A model generated the notes under the pieces. It was not told the origin of the DNA. It was given only the letters and a program-made list of their open reading frames with translations, and did not search any database. Below are positions 27,510 through 36,942 of a stretch of DNA of 53,173 nt, piece by piece (positions within the stretch are counted from its first letter, which is position 1; every line of letters starts with the position of its first letter). The DNA comes from a virus. Lineage: Duplodnaviria > Caudoviricetes. The stretch is from positions 1-53,173 of the IMG/VR virus record IMGVR_UViG_3300015024_000005; one strand, 5' to 3'. The position numbers and the translations under genes were made by a program.

Positions 27510-28817
27510 ATGATAACACTGAACATACACAACAGCTATAGCCAGGTAACAGGATTAGACGCTAAGAGCCTATCAGCACTCAGAAAGCTACTAAGCTATG
27601 AGATTGACTCCAGCGCTAAGTACTTTTCTAACAACAACTTTAACACGACTAAGTACCTTATTGACAACAAAGGTAACTTCCCTAGTGGACTATTAACCGA
27701 CGTAGCAGGGTTTTTACTAGACCATAACATTAAACATATTATTGTAGATAGCAGAAAATGTCCTAATAGCCCCGAGGTTGAGAATAAAGAATTACCCATT
27801 AAACCGTACAGTTCTCAAGTGTTTGCTTGCCTTAGAGCCATTAAAGCTCAGCGCGGCACCATATCAATGCCTACAGGATCTGGCAAGTCCCTAGTAATAG
27901 CTTTAATAGCAAATAGACTAAGCTTATCCACTTTAATCATTGTACCTAACCTTGAGATTAAGAAACAGCTAGTAGATAGTCTTAAGCATTTAATACCTAA
28001 TGCAGATGTTACGGTAGAGAACATAGATTCAAGCTACCTGCAAACTACTAAGAAGAAATTTGATGTGTTAATAATTGACGAAGCGCATCATGCTGCAGCC
28101 AAAACTTATCAAAAACTAAACAAAACTCAGTGGACTGATATTTACTATAGGTTTTTCTTAACTGCCACTCCTTTTCGTAATAATACCGAAGAAGAGCTAT
28201 TATTTAAAGCCATTGCAGGTGATGTTGTATATCGATTAACGTATAAAGAATCTGTAGAAGCCGGGTATATTGTACCTATAGAAGCTTATTACATTGAAAT
28301 GCCTAAGGTTAAGACAGACGCTTATACTTGGCAGCAGGTATACTCAGAGTTGATAGTTAACAATCAAGCTCGTAATGAAGCTATTGCGCTGTTAGCCCTA
28401 CGATTAAACAGTCAGGGTAAGTCAACTTTAATACTAGTTAAGCAAATAGAACATGGCGCAATTCTTGCGCAACTAACAGGAATACCATTTGCTAATGGCC
28501 AGGATGAAGATACCAGAGTTGAAATCAATAACTTTAATAAAGGTAAGATTAAGTGTTTAATAGGAACTACTGGTATTATTGGGGAAGGTGTAGATACCAA
28601 ACCATGTGAATATGTTATTATTGCAGGACTAGGTAAAGCTAAGTCAGCGTTTATGCAACAATGTGGCAGGTCCGTTAGAACATATCCTGGTAAAGAGTCT
28701 GCTAAGGTTATACTCATTAAAGACAATAGCCATAAGTTTACTACTAGGCATTTTAACGAACAGAAAAAGATCTTAAAAGAAGAATATAATGTCATTCCAC
28801 AAAAGATTGAATTATAA
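27510..28817 (+). CDS. SF2 DEAH helicase (UvsW-like)
   Basis: MPTGSGKS, IIDEAHH, LTATP, GEGVD, QQCGRSVR. Confidence 0.9.
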   Translation: MITLNIHNSYSQVTGLDAKSLSALRKLLSYEIDSSAKYFSNNNFNTTKYLIDNKGNFPSGLLTDVAGFLLDHNIKHIIVDSRKCPNSPEVENKELPIKPYSSQVFACLRAIKAQRGTISMPTGSGKSLVIALIANRLSLSTLIIVPNLEIKKQLVDSLKHLIPNADVTVENIDSSYLQTTKKKFDVLIIDEAHHAAAKTYQKLNKTQWTDIYYRFFLTATPFRNNTEEELLFKAIAGDVVYRLTYKESVEAGYIVPIEAYYIEMPKVKTDAYTWQQVYSELIVNNQARNEAIALLALRLNSQGKSTLILVKQIEHGAILAQLTGIPFANGQDEDTRVEINNFNKGKIKCLIGTTGIIGEGVDTKPCEYVIIAGLGKAKSAFMQQCGRSVRTYPGKESAKVILIKDNSHKFTTRHFNEQKKILKEEYNVIPQKIEL

Positions 28818-28820
28818 CAC

Positions 28821-28849
28821 TTGACAATTAATATTTTTTATTATAGCCT
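28821..28849 (+). promoter_or_regulatory. Sigma70 promoter
   Basis: TTGACA-17 nt-TAGCCT. Confidence 0.6.
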
Positions 28850-28883
28850 AAAATAGATTATTAACCCACATAAAGGATGTCAA

Positions 28884-29837
28884 ATGCTAAAGGTTTTGTC
28901 TCACCGAGGTCTTGTAACATTAATCGTAAGCTTTATTTTACTTGTTATTTTAAGTTGTTCACTTACTAAATTAAGTAACGCTAGTGAATATGTTACTAGT
29001 CCTAAGATACCTATTACAGGTTCTGCTGTACTTCCCACAGCAGAAGTTGAAACACCTGATGTAGAAATTACTCAAATTATTGAGCTAACAGATACAAACT
29101 CAGTGGTTATGGATCAAGTATATTCTAACGACTCAGTAGCTTTAGTTATGTTAGAACTTGCCAGAGTATCCGCGTTAACACCTAGAAACAAGCCTATTTA
29201 TTTAGTGCTTAATACTCCAGGCGGTAGCGTAGACGCTGGGTTAAGTTTAATTAGTTTTGCTAAAGCTTTACCTCAAGAAATTAAGACTTTAAGCATTTTC
29301 TCAGCCTCCATGGGATTTCAGACAGCTCAAAACCTAGGCGAGCGTTTAGTATTACCTAGTTCTACGGTTATGTCTCACCGAGCTACTTTTGGACTTAAAG
29401 GCGAAGCTCACGGTGAGTTATTTCAACAATTAGCGTACACCATGCAGATCTTAGACGGTCTTGATAACACAGCGGCTTTTAGAATGGGCATTACTTATAA
29501 GCAATATCAAACATTAATTGCCGATCAGTATTGGGCTAACGGACCTCACGCAGTAGAAGATAAGTCAGCAGACAGACTTGTATTAGCTAAATGCTCTAAA
29601 GATCTTTTAAATGGTACTAAAACTATCAATGTTGAGACTATGTTTGGAGCTTTTGGAGTAGTAGTTAGCAAATGTCCTTTAATCACTGGTATTTTAAAAG
29701 TAACTGCACCAGCTAAAGAATTAACAAACGAAGATTTAGCAACTGCTAATCAATACGTTCATACAATGTTTGTTGACAAAAAAGCTTTTGTGCATGACTA
29801 TATATTAACAAATAAGTTTAACAACTTTAACAAATAA
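28884..29837 (+). CDS. Membrane-anchored ClpP/crotonase-fold serine protease
   Basis: N-terminal TM; YLVLNTPGGSV, SASMGF, VMSH, AVEDKSADR. Confidence 0.75.
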   Translation: MLKVLSHRGLVTLIVSFILLVILSCSLTKLSNASEYVTSPKIPITGSAVLPTAEVETPDVEITQIIELTDTNSVVMDQVYSNDSVALVMLELARVSALTPRNKPIYLVLNTPGGSVDAGLSLISFAKALPQEIKTLSIFSASMGFQTAQNLGERLVLPSSTVMSHRATFGLKGEAHGELFQQLAYTMQILDGLDNTAAFRMGITYKQYQTLIADQYWANGPHAVEDKSADRLVLAKCSKDLLNGTKTINVETMFGAFGVVVSKCPLITGILKVTAPAKELTNEDLATANQYVHTMFVDKKAFVHDYILTNKFNNFNK

Positions 29838-29845
29838 GGGGATTT

Positions 29846-30088
29846 ATGGTAAAATTATTAGTAGTAGCGATGTTGGCTTTATCAGGATGCGGTATTCAAG
29901 GGCAACTTAATAACTTAAAGCATGATAGAGAAGTTCAGGCAGGACTTAACGCAGCAGAGCAAGCTCAAGTTAATACTTTAGCTAACGCAAATGCTACTCT
30001 AGGAGCTACTATTACTATTTTGTTAGCTCAGCAAACTATCATGCAGCAGCAAATTGCTCGTCTAATAGCTATTAATAGGAATTATTAA
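29846..30088 (+). CDS. Coiled-coil lipoprotein (spanin- or Lpp-like)
   Basis: LALSGC lipobox followed by heptad repeats. Confidence 0.6.
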   Translation: MVKLLVVAMLALSGCGIQGQLNNLKHDREVQAGLNAAEQAQVNTLANANATLGATITILLAQQTIMQQQIARLIAINRNY

Positions 30089-30450
30089 TGATAACTTACT
30101 TAGAGTTATTACATGGCCATAACGTAGATGATTTAACAGTACCTCAGCAGCATAATTTAGAGGATCTGCTTAAAGCTATCAACGTAATTAGAGATGCCTG
30201 GGGCAAACCGATGACGGTTACTTCAGGTTTTAGGTCTGTACAAGATCAAGCTCGTATTAACCCTAAAGTTACTAACTCGGCACACATGGTAGGAATGGCT
30301 GTAGATATTGCAGATGATGGTAGTCTCTATAAGTGGTGTGAGGCTAACGTACCATTACTAGAGAAGACAGGACTTTGGATTGAAGCAGGAACTCAAGGAT
30401 GGGTACATTTTCAGATTAGACCTGCACATAACAGGTTTTTTATACCCTAA
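30088..30450 (+). CDS. Peptidase M15 endolysin
   Basis: VTSGFR, SAHMVGMAVD (H-x6-D), WVH. Confidence 0.85.
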   Translation: MITYLELLHGHNVDDLTVPQQHNLEDLLKAINVIRDAWGKPMTVTSGFRSVQDQARINPKVTNSAHMVGMAVDIADDGSLYKWCEANVPLLEKTGLWIEAGTQGWVHFQIRPAHNRFFIP

Positions 30451-30682
30451 TAAACAAGCTAATAATTTTGAATAGTAAGCTACTTGACCTTAAAGTAGCT
30501 ATTTCTTTTTGTATTATAGTTATTTTACCATCAATTCTATCTTTTAATCCATTACGAGCTGCAGCTTCGGCTGCTTGAGGACTTCTAGCTATTAATTCTT
30601 GAATGTGCATAGCTTGATATTTTAAAACTTGTATTTGAGTATTTAATTCTTTTAATTCTTTAATTTTACTTGATAGCTGCAT
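30440..30682 (-). CDS. Coiled-coil hypothetical protein
   Basis: Last gene of the late operon; heptad pattern. Confidence 0.6.
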   Translation of the reverse strand: MQLSSKIKELKELNTQIQVLKYQAMHIQELIARSPQAAEAAARNGLKDRIDGKITIIQKEIATLRSSSLLFKIISLFIRV

Positions 30683-30944
30683 ATACCACCGCTACAAATC
30701 CAATAACTCCACCTAGGGACATTATTACTGTAATTAAGTTTTTTACAAATACAACGTGTTCTTTAACGAGTCTGACTTTTTCTTCTAATAAATCAGTTCT
30801 TTTAATATGATATTCTATATCTTTAGCTTGTTTAGCTAATGTAATATCTACATTATTTATTTTGTTATCTATTTTTTCTAGTATTTCAATTATAGATTTT
30901 ATTTCATACATATCAAGTCCCTGATTCCATGTTCTTTTGAACAA
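30666..30944 (-). CDS. Holin-like / XhlA-like protein (coiled coil plus C-terminal TM)
   Basis: IDNKINNVDITLAKQ...HIKRTDLLE then a hydrophobic tail. Confidence 0.6.
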   Translation of the reverse strand: MFKRTWNQGLDMYEIKSIIEILEKIDNKINNVDITLAKQAKDIEYHIKRTDLLEEKVRLVKEHVVFVKNLITVIMSLGGVIGFVAVVYAAIK

Positions 30945-31128
30945 CTTTAGCGCCTAAACCAAAACCCAAAAACGTACTACAAATGCCGACTACGCTGTTT
31001 AAATCGACACTTTTAATCATAGCCACAATAGCTATAGCACATGACATTAAAACGCAAAGAGCTGACAATAGTCTTGTCATGCTTACTGCCCCTGCTTCAC
31101 TAAGTAAAGAACCTATCCATTGTTTCAT
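30913..31128 (-). CDS. Two-TM holin-like protein
   Basis: SMTRLLS, two TM helices, GAKVVQK basic tail. Confidence 0.6.
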   Translation of the reverse strand: MKQWIGSLLSEAGAVSMTRLLSALCVLMSCAIAIVAMIKSVDLNSVVGICSTFLGFGLGAKVVQKNMESGT

Positions 31129-31619
31129 ATAGTTGATACCCCTGCATCTTGTAATATTTTATCTAAATCTGAAGGTTCTACATAGTCTAATTCTACAGGT
31201 ACCTTAATGTTAACAAAAGAACATATTCTAGCTGCAAATTCAGAACAGATATAAGAATCTCCTCTATTATAGTATTTAATTTCAAAATGTAAAATCTTTT
31301 TAATACCAATAAGAATTAATTGAAGTCTAGAGTATGGTTTACCTAAGTTATTATCAATAAACGTAAGGATATCAAGATGTTGTGCGTCTGTACAAGGTAT
31401 AGAATATTCTTTAATAATAATATTTTCTTCTGTAAATATATCTTTATTAACTAAATTTACAAACCCATGAGATGCTTGAGCTATTAATTCTACTTGAGTA
31501 ATTTTATTAGTATGTCTTATGTAACAATGACTATATTCTCGACAGTCAGTTTTTTGAATAACTGTACTGCCTATTTTAAAGATGCTTTTGGCTTTAGAAA
31601 ATCCTACAATGATTTCCAC
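31125..31619 (-). CDS. Permuted papain-like NlpC/P60 (YiiX/YebB-like) amidase
   Basis: YSHCYI (His), NLGKPY, YICSEF (Cys) in permuted order. Confidence 0.75.
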   Translation of the reverse strand: MEIIVGFSKAKSIFKIGSTVIQKTDCREYSHCYIRHTNKITQVELIAQASHGFVNLVNKDIFTEENIIIKEYSIPCTDAQHLDILTFIDNNLGKPYSRLQLILIGIKKILHFEIKYYNRGDSYICSEFAARICSFVNIKVPVELDYVEPSDLDKILQDAGVSTI

Positions 31620-32101
31620 TAGACTAAAACTTTATGTAAGTTATAGTTTACAGCTAACGAATTAGCCGAAGATCCAACTGAAGTATATATAACTCTAATT
31701 GCAAGTCCAGCATATACCTTAGCTGGGTAAGGTACGGATATAGGTACAATAGAAGGTCCAGTTTGAATATACCAGCCTAAAACAAATTTATTTAAGATAA
31801 AATTAGCTCCATAACCCAGTGTATTATTAACGTCTACTATTTGTAGATCTATTTTATCTCCAAAAGTACCATTACTAACAAGAATTGTACCTCCAGTAAT
31901 TAAACAATCGTCAACTAATAGATAATCTATAGTAGTTACTCCATTTGACGTACAGCTTGCTGTAACTCCAACGCCTAAAAAATTTAATTTTGAAGCTTCA
32001 AAGTCTGATACTTTTAATGGTTTATACGTTGATCCTATCATATTACTCCTCTGTCCATTCAATAAAAATACTATATGATCCGCCGGAAACTGTGGCCGCA
32101 T
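31619..32101 (-). CDS. Putative virion protein (start probably at MIGST near 32041)
   Basis: Beta-rich, in the fibre operon. Confidence 0.6.
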   Translation of the reverse strand: MRPQFPADHIVFLLNGQRSNMIGSTYKPLKVSDFEASKLNFLGVGVTASCTSNGVTTIDYLLVDDCLITGGTILVSNGTFGDKIDLQIVDVNNTLGYGANFILNKFVLGWYIQTGPSIVPISVPYPAKVYAGLAIRVIYTSVGSSANSLAVNYNLHKVLV

Positions 32102-33263
32102 TTAAGTTTACCGATAAACATTGAGCAACACCTCTGAGTGTAACAGGCGCATCAACGTAATCAAGAATAAATTGATACGGATTTACCCCTTTGTCGGTCG
32201 TTGGTATAAACATTTTAAATGAGTTTATAGCACCGACTGGTGTGCCTACGGTAACAGAACCAGTGTTTGAAATCACTGTCGCTGTAGGTACTGGATAATT
32301 AGAATCATAAGGTACATTAATCGCCGTAGTTGGAACTCCACCGCTATTTGCAGTGCTTCGCTTAATAATAAAAGTGGAAACTGTCCCTGCTGTTGTTTGT
32401 GTTGCAGTGATACCTATTCGCAAAACTCGAATTGTTTTTGTAGCAGAACCTGTAATCCAGAAAATGTCTTGTGCAGCAGTTACTGGTATAATTGCAGGCG
32501 ATTGTGCTGAGTAGGTGTTAATAGTATTCGACTTTATAAAGGGTATTGAACCATTTTGTAATTGTGGCATTTTTGTATCTATAGAAGCTAGGGATGTATT
32601 ACCTGTAGTCTGTAGAGTAGCCGTAGATGCGCCTGTTGGTAATGAAGATGAAGAACCTAGCTGGGATATGATCCGCACAGCAACAGCTGGCTGACCAGTA
32701 TCAGTCCCCGGCGCTGCCGACAGCACCGAGGCGATATTTGTACCATCGGTTACTTTTACTGATCCTATTGTATTGATTCCAGTAGCTAATTTTACAATTT
32801 TACTAGCGTTAACTGCATTGCTACTTCTACCATTAATAGTTATTGAGGTGCCCGAAGTCCACGTTACTCTAGCCCTAATTAAATCTATAGCAGTTACAGT
32901 CAAGCGATACAATCCAGGTATTGTAGCTACATTTAAAATATCACCTTGTCCAATTTGAGTAGCTGAAATTGCCACCCAAGTAGCTCCAGCGTCTACAGAG
33001 GCCTCAAAAGCAATACTAGCGACAAAAGTGCCTGTAATTTGAATAATTGATGTCCCATAACCAGTTGTGGGTAAACTTGTTCCATTACCAGTAACAGCCA
33101 CCGCGTTCTGCATGACGATTACAGCGGATGCATTAGCTACATTGACATTGGATGTTACGTTTCCACTAACATCAACACCTAAATAATTTGTTTCATTTCC
33201 AACACTATCGCTGCCAGTAATTTTTGTGTTACCAGCAGCTTGTAATTCTGATAAATCAGCCAT
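32043..33263 (-). CDS. Spike- or fibre-like virion protein
   Basis: T/A/S/G-rich beta protein; jelly-roll-like segment (IQITGTFVASIAFEASVDAGATW); shares the SLASIDxK stalk motif with 34361..34867. Confidence 0.65.
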   Translation of the reverse strand: MADLSELQAAGNTKITGSDSVGNETNYLGVDVSGNVTSNVNVANASAVIVMQNAVAVTGNGTSLPTTGYGTSIIQITGTFVASIAFEASVDAGATWVAISATQIGQGDILNVATIPGLYRLTVTAIDLIRARVTWTSGTSITINGRSSNAVNASKIVKLATGINTIGSVKVTDGTNIASVLSAAPGTDTGQPAVAVRIISQLGSSSSLPTGASTATLQTTGNTSLASIDTKMPQLQNGSIPFIKSNTINTYSAQSPAIIPVTAAQDIFWITGSATKTIRVLRIGITATQTTAGTVSTFIIKRSTANSGGVPTTAINVPYDSNYPVPTATVISNTGSVTVGTPVGAINSFKMFIPTTDKGVNPYQFILDYVDAPVTLRGVAQCLSVNLNAATVSGGSYSIFIEWTEE

Positions 33264-33281
33264 AACGTCCTTAATTAACTA

Positions 33282-34166
33282 TTAAACTTCTTGTCCCATA
33301 ATTGTCGAATACAAATCTTGGGGTGCTTTATCTAAATTAGTTCTAATGATTTGAACGCGTACTCCAGCAGCTACTTGTTTTGGATCATCAAAGTGCATAC
33401 TTAAATTAGTCACTGATGTCGAGTTAAATTGAACTGTTATTGTTGTATAGACACCAGTAGCTACTCCTGTTTCAATTTGAATTTCACTCTTCATTTTACC
33501 AGACGCTGACGCTTCAATTTGTTTTAAAATTAAAGTTTTACCAGCGGACACAGTATAACTATGAATGCTAGTAGCGGACGCTGCAACCGAAGCTACTGTA
33601 TTGTAGTTATCAACCGCAATACCAGCGGACGCTGCACTAACTGCCACGTTAAATGGATTTGTTGCTGAACCATATAGATTACCCGCACTGTCGCGTAAAG
33701 CCATGTCTAGTGGTCTAGTAGCTCCTGCTACAGATGAAGTAATAGCATTACCTAGTCCATCTTTTAGATTAGCACTTACAACATCTGCTGATGTTAAAGC
33801 TCTAATAGATCTAGGGTCAATCTGAACCCCGGCAACATCAATACCCACGTCAAGGGCACGTTGGGCACCGTTGACTTGAGAGGTGATGTTATTACCTGCT
33901 CCATCTTGTAATTTAGATACAACTGTACCTGCTATTGTTTGCGTTCCTGATGGTATATTGCGAACAATTAATGCTTGTTCTGTACCTGCAGGAGTTGTAA
34001 TAGATGATGCTAGGCTATTACCTGCTCCGTCATTGATTTTCGTGGTAACTCGACCACTTGAATCAATAGCTAATTGTTGGGAGGTAATTGTTGCGTCAAC
34101 TACCTTTACTTGTACGTCTCCAGCGGATTCTGTTCTCACTGGTAATGACGAATTATAGTCACTCAT
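33282..34166 (-). CDS. Fibre-like virion protein with DGAGN repeats
   Basis: KINDGAGNSLAS, KLQDGAGNNITS, NLKDGLGNAITS, ALRDSAGNLYGS. Confidence 0.65.
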   Translation of the reverse strand: MSDYNSSLPVRTESAGDVQVKVVDATITSQQLAIDSSGRVTTKINDGAGNSLASSITTPAGTEQALIVRNIPSGTQTIAGTVVSKLQDGAGNNITSQVNGAQRALDVGIDVAGVQIDPRSIRALTSADVVSANLKDGLGNAITSSVAGATRPLDMALRDSAGNLYGSATNPFNVAVSAASAGIAVDNYNTVASVAASATSIHSYTVSAGKTLILKQIEASASGKMKSEIQIETGVATGVYTTITVQFNSTSVTNLSMHFDDPKQVAAGVRVQIIRTNLDKAPQDLYSTIMGQEV

Positions 34167-34185
34167 TGTTTATTCCTATCTGTTA

Positions 34186-34404
34186 TTAGTTAAGTATTTT
34201 AAGTTCTTCTTTTATTTTAATTTCAGTTTGTTCTTGAATAACTATTGCAGCTTTTAATCTCTCAATATCTTTATTCATCTCTTCTATCTTTAATTCTAAT
34301 TCAAACTTTGCAGTTTGAACTCGCATTAATTCTAATTCTTTTCGTTTTCTTTCTATCATACTATGCCCCCAGTATCTGTATTTTAGCGTTATAGTCCGAA
34401 ACAC
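34186..34404 (-). CDS. Short coiled-coil protein (start probably at MIERK)
   Basis: E/K-rich heptads. Confidence 0.6.
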   Translation of the reverse strand: MFRTITLKYRYWGHSMIERKRKELELMRVQTAKFELELKIEEMNKDIERLKAAIVIQEQTEIKIKEELKILN

Positions 34405-34867
34405 TCGGCCTGTTATGTATTACTTTTACTTGCACTATGTCACCTATGGCTAATACCCGGCCAAGGTTGCTAGATCCCTCGTAATCAAAGTTAGTGTTTA
34501 ACTCTGCTCCAAAATATGTTCTGTTTATATCTATAATAGTACCGTTAATATAAACATAGTATTTTGAAATATTATCACCAGAACAACTGATTTTTTGCAG
34601 TCTTTTGGTAGCTGTAGTAGCTGTGTAGCTAATAATGGTAGTTAAAGTACCTGCCCCTACAGCATTTATTTGATTAAATAGGTATAAATTAGGGTATATA
34701 CCGGGTAACTTACTATCAATACTAGCTAAACTAATATTTGTAGCTGCACCTTCATTATCAATATTTGTTAGTTTTTGAATTTCAAGAACTTGATTTCCAG
34801 AAGTAGCATTACCTGCTGCACCTGAAGTTACTGTGTTACTTGAAAGTCTTACATAATTACTAGACAT
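34361..34867 (-). CDS. Putative virion protein
   Basis: ATSGNQ...SLASIDSKLP stalk and beta C-domain. Confidence 0.6.
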   Translation of the reverse strand: MSSNYVRLSSNTVTSGAAGNATSGNQVLEIQKLTNIDNEGAATNISLASIDSKLPGIYPNLYLFNQINAVGAGTLTTIISYTATTATKRLQKISCSGDNISKYYVYINGTIIDINRTYFGAELNTNFDYEGSSNLGRVLAIGDIVQVKVIHNRPSVSDYNAKIQILGA

Positions 34868-35223
34868 TAGGTACCACTTCTTAAGTTAATTCTAGCAGAA
34901 GTTATAGTGCCAGAACCTATTACTACTATACGAACCCACCTATAGGTGCATTCCGCTACGTCATACATAATAGTGCCGTTTGAGCTATCTACTACAGCAC
35001 TTCCAGTTAAATCTGTCCAATTAACCACGCCTTCGTCTGTAAAAGACTGACCTAAAGGCTTACCCATATCATTTGACACCTGTAATTTACAAGTTAAATT
35101 AGTTGTAATGTATGCCAAATGTACAGAATAATCAGATACAGTGCTAACATAAAAAGACACCGACGTATATGGTATTACCGTCGATGTAGCTGGACTTAGA
35201 ATATTAAAATTAGCAATCTTCAT
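34867..35223 (-). CDS. Small jelly-roll-type virion protein, paralog of 36503..36880
   Basis: KLQVSND...WTDL...RWVRIV...GSGTITS. Confidence 0.6.
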   Translation of the reverse strand: MKIANFNILSPATSTVIPYTSVSFYVSTVSDYSVHLAYITTNLTCKLQVSNDMGKPLGQSFTDEGVVNWTDLTGSAVVDSSNGTIMYDVAECTYRWVRIVVIGSGTITSARINLRSGT

Positions 35224-35232
35224 AAGTCCTTA

Positions 35233-36501
35233 TTATATCATGGTAATTGTTTTAGTAACGCCGCCAACTACAAACTTTAAATTTGTACCGTCAAACCATA
35301 AATCACCGTTAACAGGTGTTGTTGGAGCTGTTTGAACCGTTAAATTTAAAACTGTATTTAAATTAATTTTTCTAGAATTTACATCGACAGAAGATCCACT
35401 TAGAATAATTTTACCGCGAGCACCCCCAATAGAAGTGCCAGTATATAATTTTATATTACCAGAATTTCCAGTCCCGCCTTGTTTGTCTCCAGTGAATATA
35501 ATTGCGCTACCCGTTGGTATTGCATCCGTTCCACCATCTGGATTAGTAGATAAAGCAACGTCCACATAAGTAGATCCGCCAGCAGTAATTTCCGGTCCAG
35601 TATATGAAATCCCATCGACAATTTTTGATCTTGCTAAAAAACTACCTTTAGGAGCATTAGATGCGTCAATTAAAGTAACTTTTCCAAGATAGGCAATTCC
35701 TAGCCCGTAAATATTTCCCCATCTATTAGAAAAAGAACCTAGGTTTTGATTTACGTCGAAGTCAGGAAGCAAGGCTTGATTAATCGCAGTAGGAGCTAAT
35801 AAGTTACTTAGCGTTCTATTTGCTCCGACAGGTGGGATTGAGGCATCTACATAGGCCTTAGTTGCTGCGTCTTTAGGATTAACTGGATTAGCTAAATTAA
35901 TTATTGTATTGTTATTTAAATTCAAAGTTAAAGCGTCTATTAATATAGTAGACGTTGGACCTGCAGAAATAATATGTACATAAAGCGATCCCCAGAAAAC
36001 AGAAGGAGAGCCTAAATTGTAAGCGCCATCTACGGCTGCTGTTAAATCTACATTAATAGCTGTCGGAGATGCTAAATTACTTAAAGTTAAATTTGCTTTA
36101 TTTTGATCTGCAGGTATTGACCTCCATAAAACATTAGTTCCATCGGTACTTAAAAATTTATTAAGATTTGTAGTTTGATCCGGCAATAAGTTTTTTGTTG
36201 CAGAAATAGCATTGTTTGCCCCAGTACCACCTAGCCCGACAGACAATACGCCAGTTACACCGGTACTTAAAGAAACATTTGTAATTGTATTATCTAAACC
36301 AGATATACTTTTATTAAGAAAAACACCTGCGCCATCTAATGTAGCTAAAGTTCCAGATATGGTAGGTAAAGCTATAGCGGCCGATCCATTAATAAAATAA
36401 GTAGCTGTGTTTCCAGATAAAGTCTTGTTGGTTAATGTCTGAGCACCATTAAGGGTGACATCACCACCACCAGCTGCAGGGTATTTTACATAAAAACTCA
36501 T
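35233..36501 (-). CDS. Tail fibre protein
   Basis: QTLTNKTL, LGGTG, NLANPVNPKDAATKAYVD, duplicated ANxTLSNLxxPTAIN, NGDLWFDGT. Confidence 0.75.
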   Translation of the reverse strand: MSFYVKYPAAGGGDVTLNGAQTLTNKTLSGNTATYFINGSAAIALPTISGTLATLDGAGVFLNKSISGLDNTITNVSLSTGVTGVLSVGLGGTGANNAISATKNLLPDQTTNLNKFLSTDGTNVLWRSIPADQNKANLTLSNLASPTAINVDLTAAVDGAYNLGSPSVFWGSLYVHIISAGPTSTILIDALTLNLNNNTIINLANPVNPKDAATKAYVDASIPPVGANRTLSNLLAPTAINQALLPDFDVNQNLGSFSNRWGNIYGLGIAYLGKVTLIDASNAPKGSFLARSKIVDGISYTGPEITAGGSTYVDVALSTNPDGGTDAIPTGSAIIFTGDKQGGTGNSGNIKLYTGTSIGGARGKIILSGSSVDVNSRKINLNTVLNLTVQTAPTTPVNGDLWFDGTNLKFVVGGVTKTITMI

Positions 36502-36502
36502 A

Positions 36503-36880
36503 TTAAGCTACCTTGCCTGCAACAATAGCAGTCATACGTCCTGTACCCGAAGTAGGGGTATAAACAATTCTAATAGCATGAGCTGGTAAATCAGCTAATT
36601 GAATAAAGCCATTTCCAGAGTCACCAGATATTAAAGGCACTGCGCTTAAAATCACGCTAGTCCATACTACAGGGCTACCTTGAGGACCGCCTTGTACGTT
36701 AGGGCTAAAGCTATTAGACACCTGTACGTCTATAGAGCCTGCTGGAGCATTTCCAGACCAAGAAATCTCATAAGAAATCATAGATACATTAGTTATTACG
36801 GTAGGGGGGGAAGTGATACTTACTGACATATCACCATTAGTTATTACTTTATGCGCGGTTATTATAGGTCTTGAAGACAT
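36503..36880 (-). CDS. Small jelly-roll-type virion protein
   Basis: DVQVSNS...WTS...AIRIVY..TSGTGRM; first gene after repeat copy 2. Confidence 0.6.
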   Translation of the reverse strand: MSSRPIITAHKVITNGDMSVSITSPPTVITNVSMISYEISWSGNAPAGSIDVQVSNSFSPNVQGGPQGSPVVWTSVILSAVPLISGDSGNGFIQLADLPAHAIRIVYTPTSGTGRMTAIVAGKVA

Positions 36881-36921
36881 TTTTCGTCCTTTGTCTAGGT
36901 TAGGTGCGTGATTACACCACT

Positions 36922-36942
36922 ATAGAAGGCTATTCGTTCATT
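36922..36942 (-). promoter_or_regulatory. 21-bp repeat, copy 2 (putative late promoter)
   Basis: AATGAACGAATAGCCTTCTAT followed by AG. Confidence 0.75.

Noticed and set aside
11767-30682. Shared EAAARNxL peptide in two coiled-coil ORFs (11767..12015 and 30440..30682)
   Set aside because: Short low-complexity match in helical proteins, likely chance
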